From a virus (lineage: Duplodnaviria > Caudoviricetes), in the IMG/VR virus record IMGVR_UViG_3300042934_000302, positions 1 through 58,412 of that record: a stretch of 58,412 nucleotides of DNA; one strand, given 5' to 3'. Made by a program: the position numbers and the translations under genes. This document shows, one piece after another, positions 17,320 to 26,710 of this stretch (position 1 is the stretch's first letter; each line of letters begins with the position of its first letter). The notes below the pieces were generated by a model. The model saw only the letters and a list, made by a program, of their open reading frames with translations, made no database searches and was not told where the DNA came from.

Positions 17320-18272
17320 AGTCGAGCACCTATCTTTCCGTAGCCACGCACGTTGCCAAATTGCGGGTTATCGAGGGCAACAACGTTTGGCAGATCGATA
17401 TACTTCGCGATGAATGACGCCGACCCACCGGTTAGCAAATAAGTTGCGTAATATGCCGACTGGCTCTCGATCTCTAGTAGAATCTGCTGCGCGAGCGAAC
17501 GGAAGGCGCGGTCAACTAACGGCTTAATATCGTACCCAGCGTATTCACCAGCGAGCACATATCGGTCTAACTCGAAACGTTCCGGTGCTCGACCGATTGA
17601 TTCCATAAGGTATCCGTTGAGCAGATCGTACGCGGTGTCTACGCCAAGATTACGCGGGCTACGACTATTTTTACCGATTTCCATCCCTTCGAGTTCGAGA
17701 AGATCAAGCGTGTAATATCCGATATCAATGACGAGCATCGGTTTCTTCGCGGCATCAGGACGAGCAAGCGAGCCATCGTCAGCAAGCAGATAATCCATTG
17801 CGCTGCCGAACGGCTGTGGCACGATCTTATGTTTCGCGATCAATGGGTTAGCATGTATCGTTCCTTGGCCGACTACTTCGACGGAATAACGCCCGCTTTC
17901 GTTAATTGTGTCGAATAAATGCACGAAACCGTTCTTCTGCGTTAAATAGTAGTCTACGGGCAGCCCGGTAATGATATTCGACGCGCCAGTCGGTGCTAAT
18001 CGAGCAAGTAGCGTTTTAAGCAGCACCGCTGTTGTCCACGTATCCGTTTTATCCTCGCCGGTACTCGTATAGCGAATCTTACTTTGCCGTAGCGCGAGAT
18101 CACCGATAAAAAAGTCACCGTCATCACCGTGATAAATCAAATCACCAGGCTTACGTTGTTCCTCCATTAATTGACGCGCGTCTCCAACCACGGACGGTTG
18201 GCTAAAATATCGTTCTCCTGCGACCGCTTTCGTCCACCCGTAACCCATATCAGCACTGACAAAATTATTCAT
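17286..18272 (-). CDS. parM: ParM/StbA-family actin-like ATPase
   Basis: DMGYGWTK, TGLPV, VPQP, IDIGYYTLD, LTGGSA, NVRGY actin-fold motifs; ATG 18272 follows GGAGG. Confidence 0.92.
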   Translation of the reverse strand: MNNFVSADMGYGWTKAVAGERYFSQPSVVGDARQLMEEQRKPGDLIYHGDDGDFFIGDLALRQSKIRYTSTGEDKTDTWTTAVLLKTLLARLAPTGASNIITGLPVDYYLTQKNGFVHLFDTINESGRYSVEVVGQGTIHANPLIAKHKIVPQPFGSAMDYLLADDGSLARPDAAKKPMLVIDIGYYTLDLLELEGMEIGKNSRSPRNLGVDTAYDLLNGYLMESIGRAPERFELDRYVLAGEYAGYDIKPLVDRAFRSLAQQILLEIESQSAYYATYLLTGGSASFIAKYIDLPNVVALDNPQFGNVRGYGKIGARLWANKSVSARR

Positions 18273-18273
18273 T

Positions 18274-18492
18274 TTAATTTCCTCCATTCACCAGTTTACC
18301 AAATTTAGATTCAATATTTTCAAGGTGCTGCCCAGTTTCATGTTTATACCAATCAATAGTTTCACGTAGCCGATAACACCGATACTGAAAATGCGACTGG
18401 TTTTTATCATAAGCATCCCATGCGTCTAAACAACTGATTTCGTCCATGATCGCGTTATAGATAAAGATTTTTACAAACTCGTTTATGATCAA
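18274..18492 (-). CDS. Hypothetical protein
   Basis: RBS gaggtg; lies in the operon between the Replic_Relax gene and ParM. Confidence 0.6.
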   Translation of the reverse strand: MIINEFVKIFIYNAIMDEISCLDAWDAYDKNQSHFQYRCYRLRETIDWYKHETGQHLENIESKFGKLVNGGN

Positions 18493-18497
18493 TCACC

Positions 18498-19133
18498 TCA
18501 GTTTGTGGCACGTTGTGCCACGTTTTGTATAAAATCACGCACATCATCACTTTGATACGCATTGACGTTCGCATATCGTCGTTTTCCGATAATCCATATG
18601 TGGGGAAATATCGGCTTACCATTCGGCTGCCAATCGAGATTATGCCATGCACCCGATTGTCTATATCGTTCATATCGCGCTAATTTACGTCGCATTACGG
18701 TATCCGTGTAATTACTACGCTGTACCTCGATGAACCACGGCGATCGGTTCCATATCGCGAAGATATCCGGTTCTACCGTACCTTTCGCGCCATACTTCGG
18801 CTCAACGATGAAACGCTGCAAATTGCCGTATGCTTGTAAATCGCGATACACACGCAGTATGCCGATAAAGTGGTCGATCTTCTGACTGCCTTCGCGAATA
18901 CGAGCGTCCTTCGGCATGTATACGTAGGAATTACGAGTAGCATCGACCTTCACGTAACCCTTCGCACGCAATCGTCGCATCACACGATTAACTTCCACGG
19001 TCGCGTACCGTATACCTGCGAAGTGTAATGCAGCAATATCATCGCGACTCATGCAACGGAAACGGTCGAGGTCAGCGAGTATTCGTTTATCACGATCAAT
19101 CAAGTTCACTACCTCCTTTTTCGTCAAGCGCAC
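18498..19133 (-). CDS. Replication-relaxation (Replic_Relax) family protein; true start probably near 19103
   Basis: RDKRIL.DL.RFRCMSRDDI wHTH, EPD...FIEVQ PD-(D/E)XK-like motif; coupled to FtsK. Confidence 0.85.
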   Translation of the reverse strand: MRLTKKEVVNLIDRDKRILADLDRFRCMSRDDIAALHFAGIRYATVEVNRVMRRLRAKGYVKVDATRNSYVYMPKDARIREGSQKIDHFIGILRVYRDLQAYGNLQRFIVEPKYGAKGTVEPDIFAIWNRSPWFIEVQRSNYTDTVMRRKLARYERYRQSGAWHNLDWQPNGKPIFPHIWIIGKRRYANVNAYQSDDVRDFIQNVAQRATN

Positions 19134-20253
19134 CGAAAGGGTTAGGTAGATTATTGATTGTTTTCGGTTGCTTTACGCTAGGTTCGCGATAATAAGGCGT
19201 AAGTAACTTTATCGCCGCGTCATCGGTCAATAATGGTGCTTGCACGAGTTCGGGTCGTTTTATTTTGAGCAGCATGCGGCCGGTAACATCGAGATTTTCT
19301 GCACCTTTCGCGCCTAATGTGATCTTCGAGTTGATTGCATCAGCATGTTCGAACGCCATGCGAACTGTTAGATTCGCTTTCAACTTTCCGTCAAGAACGT
19401 CTGCATCCGGTCGCTGCATCGATAGGATAAGGTAAACGCCAAGCGCACGGCCAAGGGCCGATATATCTTCGAGCAACTTCATGGCTTCTTTGTCGCCGTG
19501 CAACATCGCAACTTCATCGATGCATACGATAATGTCTGCTGGCCGCTTTCCTGGCGGTAAATCAACCACGTTTACTTTGCCACATTGATCAAGTAGGTTG
19601 CCACGTTTCGTTAACTCGCATTGTACCTCGGATAGTGCTAGCGCAAGCGCATCATTATCGTTGCATAACGCATCTACGTGGGCAATATTGCGAAATAAAC
19701 CGAACTCGCTACGTTTCATATCGGCAAGCACAAACCGTAGCATATGCGGTGATTTGATCCGTATCAGCGTCGTTAGAATAGCGCGTAGTTGCGTTGATTT
19801 ACCGCTGCCCGTTTCACCAGCGATAAGCAGGTGGGGATGCACGAACATATCGTATGCGAACAGCTTACCGTCCGCGCGAACACCGGTAATAATAGGCAAC
19901 GCCATGCCCTCGCAAACTGTGCTAACTTCCGACCATCGATAGGTTAATTTCCTTGGCATTTGACGCTCATACACGTGAATAATGAACTTTTTCGGTCCGC
20001 CGTGTACCGTTGTATTCGTGCCAAACGTCTGCTGAAACGCATATTCGCGCTTTTCAACGAGTTTCGGATCAACGCCGTTGGGCAATGTAAAAGTCATTGC
20101 CGTATAGCCGTCTTTACGTTCGATCGCGTGAATAATCGGCAGCACTTCGTAGCCACGCCGCGTTTTAAAGATGCCGACTGATCGAAAGCAATCGTTCAAT
20201 TTACGATACATCGGATTAAATCGTAGCAACATCGCGATCACCATAGCTTCCAT
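19096..20253 (-). CDS. FtsK/SpoIIIE-family ATPase
   Basis: PHLLIAGETGSGKS, DMKRSEF, IDEVA, GRALGV, MQRPDA. Confidence 0.93.
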   Translation of the reverse strand: MEAMVIAMLLRFNPMYRKLNDCFRSVGIFKTRRGYEVLPIIHAIERKDGYTAMTFTLPNGVDPKLVEKREYAFQQTFGTNTTVHGGPKKFIIHVYERQMPRKLTYRWSEVSTVCEGMALPIITGVRADGKLFAYDMFVHPHLLIAGETGSGKSTQLRAILTTLIRIKSPHMLRFVLADMKRSEFGLFRNIAHVDALCNDNDALALALSEVQCELTKRGNLLDQCGKVNVVDLPPGKRPADIIVCIDEVAMLHGDKEAMKLLEDISALGRALGVYLILSMQRPDADVLDGKLKANLTVRMAFEHADAINSKITLGAKGAENLDVTGRMLLKIKRPELVQAPLLTDDAAIKLLTPYYREPSVKQPKTINNLPNPFGALDEKGGSELD

Positions 20254-20552
20254 ATCGGATTCGCGACAACGAGATAAACGATGCCACCAATCGCAACGGA
20301 CGATAAAATGACTTTCGCAATGATCGGTACATAATCCGCTAATACATCGTCCTTCTTCGCATAATATCGCTCAAGTTTGGCCATAATAATAGCGAAGGCA
20401 CCAGCAGTAACAATAATACCGAAGCCAGTCGCCATCATCGGGCTTAAATGAACGAGTGATCCTAACGTTACAGGTGCAAGCGAATACGTGGTTACATGCC
20501 GCTGCTTGAATGCATCGCGCCAATCCAATACATAACATTCCATTCCGGTCAT
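20238..20552 (-). CDS. Membrane protein preceding FtsK
   Basis: Two hydrophobic segments; overlaps the FtsK start. Confidence 0.7.
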   Translation of the reverse strand: MTGMECYVLDWRDAFKQRHVTTYSLAPVTLGSLVHLSPMMATGFGIIVTAGAFAIIMAKLERYYAKKDDVLADYVPIIAKVILSSVAIGGIVYLVVANPIWKLW

Positions 20553-20738
20553 CCTTCCCTCTTTACAAAATATAAAAATCGCTATGCAATGGGGTCGAAC
20601 AAGCCGAAAAATGACTTATGGGTAAGTTGTCTACTAAGTTATTCGCGAATAGAGTATAATTGTTATGTTGACGAGCCATTTCGTCGGCACATGGGCAATC
20701 CGTAATCTCTTCGCAGGGGATCGGGTTGCCATTAATTT

Positions 20739-20921
20739 TTACTTCGTTTTGTCCAACGTGTAGACGGTTTTCTTCTTTAATGCGTACTTTCCACCAGCAT
20801 AATCCTGCATAAAAGCTTCGAGCACATCATTCATAGTCGCGCCAGTATCTTTACAATATGCCTTAAACGACGCTTGAATATCCTCATCAATGGTTGTTGT
20901 AAATGGTTTTCGCTCGCTCAT
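20739..20921 (-). CDS. Ribbon-helix-helix (CopG-like) regulator
   Basis: RKPFTTTIDEDIQASFK...TMNDVLEAFM; RBS aggaggtg. Confidence 0.75.
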   Translation of the reverse strand: MSERKPFTTTIDEDIQASFKAYCKDTGATMNDVLEAFMQDYAGGKYALKKKTVYTLDKTK

Positions 20922-20945
20922 CGCTTCACCTCCTACTTATTTCGT

Positions 20946-20980
20946 AAACATATAATAAAACATATTTATAAACATGTCAA
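20946..20980 (-). promoter_or_regulatory. sigmaA promoter TTGACA-17-TATTAT overlapped by three AAACAT repeats at 12-bp period
   Basis: AAACAT at 20946, 20958, 20970; tgtcaa at 20975-20980. Confidence 0.6.
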
Positions 20981-21122
20981 TATAAATATGCGATAATGAC
21001 GAAACTTTAACGAAGTAACAACGCATGATATACTATAAATAGGCGAAATGAATAATTATACGCCTTATAATAATCAATGTCAACGAAAATAAACGCAATA
21101 GTTACGATAGGGAGCGATTAAA

Positions 21123-21635
21123 ATGGAGATGAACGCGGAACAGTTGGAGTATTACCGCAACGAGTTCGCCGAATGGGTAAACGGTTTCGCCCGTAATGTT
21201 CGCGCTGGCACGCCACCTTATAACGACCGAACAGCACGCGCGCAGGCGATTGAGCAACGTATTGATGAATACGTATGTGCCACCGGTGAACGGCCGGACA
21301 GCGGCGAACTGGAACGATTGAGCAACGCAATATTGTACGAAGAATTATCGGACAAGCGCCGTAACAAAATGAGCATCGAAGAGTATCCGTTCATGAGCGA
21401 TCAACAGCTGGAACGTCGCAAATACGGTAGCCATACGCGCAAGCACAGCAGTAGAAAACATGAGGTGCCGCTATCGGTCGCTGCATTCGTTGGCATCGAT
21501 GGTGTTGATTATCGCGATGCACGGATTGCCGTTGGCGAACGAAAAGCTACGAATAACGAACGGAAGAAACAGTACCGCGAATTTACGAAGGAACAGCCGG
21601 TGAGTACGTACACTGTCGAGGAGGAATCGAAATGA
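21123..21635 (+). CDS. Hypothetical phage protein
   Basis: 170-aa ORF, RBS agggag. Confidence 0.75.
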   Translation: MEMNAEQLEYYRNEFAEWVNGFARNVRAGTPPYNDRTARAQAIEQRIDEYVCATGERPDSGELERLSNAILYEELSDKRRNKMSIEEYPFMSDQQLERRKYGSHTRKHSSRKHEVPLSVAAFVGIDGVDYRDARIAVGERKATNNERKKQYREFTKEQPVSTYTVEEESK

Positions 21636-21988
21636 GCGAATTAACGGTAAAAATTAACGTAGATGCTGACGACGCGATCGAAAAGATTGCGCAGGTTAAA
21701 CGGGCATTACGTGAAATGAACGAAACTGCAGTTAAGGTCGGGGTTGTGACGAAGAAAACATCCGATATAGCATCGAAGTCAATCGAACAATTCCAGCGCG
21801 ACTCATATCTACATGATGTGACAACCCGAGATTTAATTAATGAACTGGTTAAGCGGACGGGGGTATACAGCTATGAAGTTGACCCGTATAAGCGATATGC
21901 CGTAAAGACGCAAGGCAAGGGACCAGTACAAAAAATAGCGACCGCAGAAACTGGACCTGCATTAATACTGGTGGTGACCGATGATTGA
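21632..21988 (+). CDS. Hypothetical protein, BC1881-like C-terminal domain
   Basis: TRDLINELVKRTGV...VDPY...GPALILVV. Confidence 0.65.
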   Translation: MSELTVKINVDADDAIEKIAQVKRALREMNETAVKVGVVTKKTSDIASKSIEQFQRDSYLHDVTTRDLINELVKRTGVYSYEVDPYKRYAVKTQGKGPVQKIATAETGPALILVVTDD

Positions 21989-22138
21989 GCGAATTAAACC
22001 GAGTATTAAAGATCAACGCGCGTCGAAAGTATTACGGCGGATGGGACATTTACGACAAGGGTGACGATAAAAAGAAACGTGCACGCCTGGAACGAACGTT
22101 GAGGAAACGGGTAGATCGGATTGCTATCGCGGAAATGC

Positions 22139-22174
22139 TGCGCGATTAGGCGTTGGGAAACGTATTATATAGTG
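22139..22174 (+). promoter_or_regulatory. Putative phage-sigma promoter TGCGCG-N16-CGTATTATATAGTG
   Basis: Both boxes identical to 17006-17041. Confidence 0.7.
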
Positions 22175-22185
22175 AGGTGAATAAT

Positions 22186-22458
22186 ATGTTAATTCGAATT
22201 AAAATCGAGTTTGTACGAAAGAAGAAGTCCGCGGTCATATTAAGGCACGGAGCAGAGACGATCTATCTGCTTGGGCTATTCAAGAATAGAAAACGCGCGC
22301 TTAAAGCGTGGAATACGTTTCGGTGTAAACCCGGATATTGGCGGCAACCAGTGATTGCTAAAATAATCGACTGCACCGATCAGGAATACGAAACAATTGT
22401 GAATCAGTTTATTTATCGCGCGGTTACTGGCGAGAGGACAACTTATAGCGCTAAATAG
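22186..22458 (+). CDS. Hypothetical protein
   Basis: ATG 22186 after gaggtg RBS. Confidence 0.65.
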   Translation: MLIRIKIEFVRKKKSAVILRHGAETIYLLGLFKNRKRALKAWNTFRCKPGYWRQPVIAKIIDCTDQEYETIVNQFIYRAVTGERTTYSAK

Positions 22459-22478
22459 CAACAACGGAGGTTAACGGA

Positions 22479-22736
22479 ATGGAAGGAATACTTATCGACT
22501 GGTGGTTCGACCACGACATGAAAAACTTGTGTGTACGGAATTTTAAACGAATTCGCGAACGCAATCGTAAGGAATACGGTGATGATCCGGAAATTAATAA
22601 TAAACGTCAATGGGGTATTCATACGAATGGTGCGCGAAAGGGAGATCCACAGCATACGTGTTTCGATTGGTCACTCGACATCGGGCACATTTGCATCAAT
22701 TACACGGATTTCGATTACAACCGGAAATATCGATAA
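22479..22736 (+). CDS. Hypothetical protein
   Basis: RBS ggaggt. Confidence 0.6.
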   Translation: MEGILIDWWFDHDMKNLCVRNFKRIRERNRKEYGDDPEINNKRQWGIHTNGARKGDPQHTCFDWSLDIGHICINYTDFDYNRKYR

Positions 22737-22790
22737 TTTAACGCTACTTACCGCGTAGCACACGATAATTTAACGGAAGGCGGTAATTAA

Positions 22791-22976
22791 ATGGATAAAT
22801 CGATCAAGTCACGGCTGCACTTCGTCTATTCGAAGCGTGTCGCGGATTATCTAATAAATGAACGCGGATTACAGTATGTTACGTATGCAAAGCATCCGGA
22901 AACGGGACGGCTATTTTGGATATTCGAACGTGGGACATCGTTAGACAGCGCATTAAGCGAATACAGCGGGCAATAA
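22791..22976 (+). CDS. Small protein, DUF5659-like
   Basis: FVYSKRVADYL...HPETGRLFWIFE pattern. Confidence 0.6.
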   Translation: MDKSIKSRLHFVYSKRVADYLINERGLQYVTYAKHPETGRLFWIFERGTSLDSALSEYSGQ

Positions 22977-23007
22977 ACGATAGTTAAGCGAAAGGGGAAC
23001 GATATGC

Positions 23008-23466
23008 ATGGAAAATATTGCAGACGTAGCTTTGCAACAAAAGAAACGAGTCCTTGACGATGGCTACACGCCAACACCACATTACATTTACCGTGACCTG
23101 TTACCGGAACTTGTCGCGAAATACGATGGAATGACAGCACGAGATTGTATCGTATTGCTCGGATATTTCCACGCCTATGTTAACGGAGAATCCAACAAAG
23201 ATACGTATATGTGGGCGTATCCAAACGTTAGCCAAATCGCGGCGAATACGGGGATCGATGGAAACCGTGTGGCTCCGCTGGTCAACGTACTGGAAACGGA
23301 AGGATTACTAATTACGAAAAAGATCACATGGAATGGCCATCAGAAGAAAATGTACATGCCACTTTACGAGTGGAAACGCCCGAATACCGCAGACGGTAAC
23401 TGTCCGGATACCGTTGACGGTAATCGATTAAATACCGCAGACGGTAAACTAATAAGAACAACGTAA
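23008..23466 (+). CDS. Winged-HTH replication-initiator-like protein 1
   Basis: GYTPTPH...WAYPNVSQIAANTGI...VNVLETEGLL; ends in iteron-like repeats. Confidence 0.7.
   Translation: MENIADVALQQKKRVLDDGYTPTPHYIYRDLLPELVAKYDGMTARDCIVLLGYFHAYVNGESNKDTYMWAYPNVSQIAANTGIDGNRVAPLVNVLETEGLLITKKITWNGHQKKMYMPLYEWKRPNTADGNCPDTVDGNRLNTADGKLIRTT
23383..23447. repeat. Three palindromic iteron-like repeats ATACCG-N4-CGGTAA at 24-bp period
   Basis: aataccgcagacggtaa 23383, gataccgttgacggtaa 23407, aataccgcagacggtaa 23431. Confidence 0.85.
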
Positions 23467-23487
23467 TAATAACAAATAAATAATAAT

Positions 23488-23619
23488 AATACATTGCAGG
23501 TACTCGCTTACGCTCGACCTGCTACATGTTTATTTAAATACCTTTGTTCGCGAATATCTTTAAATCTTGTCAAAGACAAGAAAGAAAAGAAAAAGTTTCG
23601 CTAAAAAGAAAAGAAAGAA
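23488..23619 (+). repeat. Origin-like non-coding element, copy 1
   Basis: Shares AATACATTGCAG..CTGCTAC, GTTCGCGAA and a 39-bp identical purine block with 52383-52512. Confidence 0.85.
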
Positions 23620-23919
23620 AGACAATGCCCGTAGCGCCCGCATAGCCGAACGAAATCACCACGCTAATCAATCGTACCATACGATACCTAACGTTACACA
23701 CGCCGTCTGCTACGCGCTCATATGACACCGTACATTGTCGCGTGTATTATCGGCCATTATATGTAGGCTTACGATTCATCCGCGGGCGCCACGTGTCAGC
23801 ACGAAGGTCCGGCCAGACGAGGTCGGTTGAAACTCAGGGGGTTGGCGTTATTTAGGCAATATTTGCGATTATGGTGGATGCTCGATTTTATATGTCGATG
23901 TCTAGCGCGTAAATAGATT

Positions 23920-23947
23920 AGTTCGTAAAATATTTATTTTACGTAGT
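23920..23947. other. dif-like Xer recombination site (11-6-11)
   Basis: AGTTCGTAAAA-TATTTA-TTTTACGTAGT; reverse complement matches B. subtilis dif (ACTTCCTAGAA-TATATA-TTATGTAAACT, as recalled) at 20/28. Confidence 0.6.
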
Positions 23948-24395
23948 AATGTAATTGTGTAGTAACTGCCACAAACGTTGATACTACGGGGTTTATCAGC
24001 TATTCGTATATTTTATGATTACTACGTATACTTTGCATTATCAATTAGACTACGATTAATGCCGTTTGTTATCGATAAGAGCGTGCCTACGGTTGCTATC
24101 GAGTGTGACGAAGTGGCTGATTCGTATGGTGACGAGTGTCTACGTAACACATCGATATGACATCGACTAATCTGTTTGCCGCGACCCCCAGGGCACCCGA
24201 AATTTTCCGGCCGACTGACGAATTAAACTGCCGCACAATTTTTCGTAACCGGGCCGCAGTCACCACGATACTCATACGAAAGCCTACGAGCCCCGTACGT
24301 CAATTTCACACGTGTATCCTTACGAATACACTCGAATAGTATAAACATCGCTCTACGGCTTTCCTACGAAGCCACAGCATGTATTAAACGAAAGG

Positions 24396-26168
24396 ATGGC
24401 GATCATCATCGCATACATTAACGGTAAATGGCTCGATCGATCCGAACGTGCCCGAAGGATCGATTTACTCACGCAGCACGCGCGCAAGCTGATCGCATTG
24501 TATAAGTCGGGCAAGGCCACACAGTATCACATCGATCAGCTACGGCGTGACCGCGAAGAGCTGACGAAACTCAAGCGTGTTCATCGTGCTGAGGTCGATA
24601 TGCTGTACTTTTTCTACGAATATTTCTCGGAAGCGCGTAACCCCGGCAACCCGGACAACCTCGTACCCACCGCCGATGTCGATATGGATAGCGCTCCGGA
24701 GTTCCACCGTAAATTATCGCGCATTCTTGATTCTGTATCGAATAAAAACCGTACGGCGCGTATCGCATGGGCTGCATCGCGTGGTCACGCAAAGTCGGCG
24801 TACCTATCAAACGCGTTCCCAACGCATGAAACGGTATTCCGTAAGCGTCGGATGATTCTGATTATATCGGAAACGAACGCAGGATCGAAGAAATTCATCA
24901 AATGGGTAGCCGGCCAACTCAAATATAATACGAAATTGCGCGACGACTTCGGAATTGTGCTGTTTGAGCAGAAAACGCGCAACGAAAAGGACTCGGAAGA
25001 AGCGTTTTTGACGACAACGGGCACGAAAATGGAAGCGACATCGCTCGGTACACAGATTCGTGGGTTCCGTAATGGGTCGCAGCGGCCGGATCTCATCATT
25101 TTGGACGACCTTGAGTCGCGTGACTCGAATAATACGCCAGAACTGCGGCAGAAAGCGAAAGATTGGCTGAATCAGGATTTAATGCCGGCGTACGACCCGA
25201 CTCAGACCGCGATCATCTTCATGGGAACGATCGTTCACGTAGATTCACTGCTTAATTATGTGCTTAACGAACGTCACGACTTTATTAAAAACCGATTTCC
25301 GGCGATTATTACGCCACCGACGAATGAAAAGTTATGGGCAGAGTTTGAACGCATTTATCGCGAGTATCAGCCAACAGGTGAAGAGCTGGCCGCGATGGAA
25401 ACGGCAAGCGAAGAAACGCCGACACCAAACGCTCAGGCAGCATTACGATTTTACGCGGATCATCGAGAAGCCATGGATGCCGGTGCTGAAGTTCTGTGGC
25501 CAGCACGGTTCCCACTCGCGCAACTCTATCTCGAAAAAGTTAACTACGGATCCAAGGCGTTCAATACCGAGTTTATGAATAATCCACTCGACGAAGAATC
25601 GCAATTATTCCACCCTGACGCGTTCTATTATTGGGATAATATGGATTTCCCAGCGAAAGAATACGATATTTTCATGGGTGTAGACTTCGCAATGGGTAAG
25701 CAGCGCGGTGACTATTCGGCTTGCATTACGATCGCCAAGCATAAGATTACCGGAAAAATATACGTTATTGATGCATATTTGGCGCGAATCCATCCGGACG
25801 AATATATGCAAGTAATTATCGAAAAGGTGCGGAAGTATCAACCGACACGTATCGGTGCCGAGGCGCAAATGGCACAGGAGTTTTTCGTTGACCGTTTGAA
25901 AGCGGCATTACAAGACGTTGGCTATCCGGCATATTCGCGCGTTAATAAGATACAGCAACGGTCGCGTAAGGAATTACGTATTGAATCGATGCAGCCGGAC
26001 ATTGAACGTGGCGATATCGTGTTCCATCGGTCGCAAAAGTTGCTACTCGACCAATTCGAACAGTACGGAACTAACGCACATGATGACGGACCGGATAGTT
26101 TGGAAATGGCGATCGCTACGTCAAAACGTACAAAAGTACGAATTATCGATAAACCTAACTGGATTTAG
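24396..26168 (+). CDS. terL: Terminase large subunit
   Basis: ASRGHAKS Walker A, IILDDLE Walker B, MGT, GVDFA nuclease, HDDGPDSLE. Confidence 0.95.
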   Translation: MAIIIAYINGKWLDRSERARRIDLLTQHARKLIALYKSGKATQYHIDQLRRDREELTKLKRVHRAEVDMLYFFYEYFSEARNPGNPDNLVPTADVDMDSAPEFHRKLSRILDSVSNKNRTARIAWAASRGHAKSAYLSNAFPTHETVFRKRRMILIISETNAGSKKFIKWVAGQLKYNTKLRDDFGIVLFEQKTRNEKDSEEAFLTTTGTKMEATSLGTQIRGFRNGSQRPDLIILDDLESRDSNNTPELRQKAKDWLNQDLMPAYDPTQTAIIFMGTIVHVDSLLNYVLNERHDFIKNRFPAIITPPTNEKLWAEFERIYREYQPTGEELAAMETASEETPTPNAQAALRFYADHREAMDAGAEVLWPARFPLAQLYLEKVNYGSKAFNTEFMNNPLDEESQLFHPDAFYYWDNMDFPAKEYDIFMGVDFAMGKQRGDYSACITIAKHKITGKIYVIDAYLARIHPDEYMQVIIEKVRKYQPTRIGAEAQMAQEFFVDRLKAALQDVGYPAYSRVNKIQQRSRKELRIESMQPDIERGDIVFHRSQKLLLDQFEQYGTNAHDDGPDSLEMAIATSKRTKVRIIDKPNWI

Positions 26169-26263
26169 CCAAAATTTCCGTAAAAGTTAGCAATATGTAA
26201 CTAATTAATATGGAGGGGTATTTTTACCCCATTGAACGGAACTTTACCGAAGGGAGGTACGCT

Positions 26264-26710
26264 ATGAATCGCAAATTTCAACAGATCGAAGCAAAACTAA
26301 CGATGCAACAACGAAAAGCAGCGTTATTGCTTGTGCAACGTGAACTCGACAATCCAGTCGTAGAGCAACAACTTACGATTAAGGATATCGCGGAGCAAGT
26401 AGGAGTTAGCGAACGGCAAATGTATCGTTGGAAACGAGACCCCGTGTTTATCGAATACATGAACATGCTTGCCGACGATTTTCTTTCCGGTTATCGATCA
26501 GGCGTGTATAAGCAGATGCTCAAGCTCATATTCGCGAGTCAGCCATCCGTTAAAGCGATGGACTTGTACCTCAAGCGATTCGGCCTGCTTACTGACCGTA
26601 CAGTTACGGAAACAGCCGATAATGAAGCTGATCAGTCTGACGAAAAGATCGCGGCTGATATCGAGGCATTGGAACGTGAACTTGCCGATGATGAAAGCGG
26701 TGATTCATAA
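26264..26710 (+). CDS. phBC6A51-type HTH protein, probable terminase small subunit
   Basis: HTH TIKDIAEQVGVSERQMYRWK, QPSVKAMDLYLKRFGLLTD; ATG 26264 after gggagg. Confidence 0.7.
   Translation: MNRKFQQIEAKLTMQQRKAALLLVQRELDNPVVEQQLTIKDIAEQVGVSERQMYRWKRDPVFIEYMNMLADDFLSGYRSGVYKQMLKLIFASQPSVKAMDLYLKRFGLLTDRTVTETADNEADQSDEKIAADIEALERELADDESGDS

Noticed and set aside
23383-23447. CRISPR-like mini-array
   Set aside because: Repeats of 17 bp with 7-bp spacers inside a CDS do not fit; no cas operon (the 12148 nuclease is an ordinary phage exonuclease)
23978-24339. Two 60-aa ORFs upstream of terL
   Set aside because: No RBS and no recognisable protein features; likely chance ORFs
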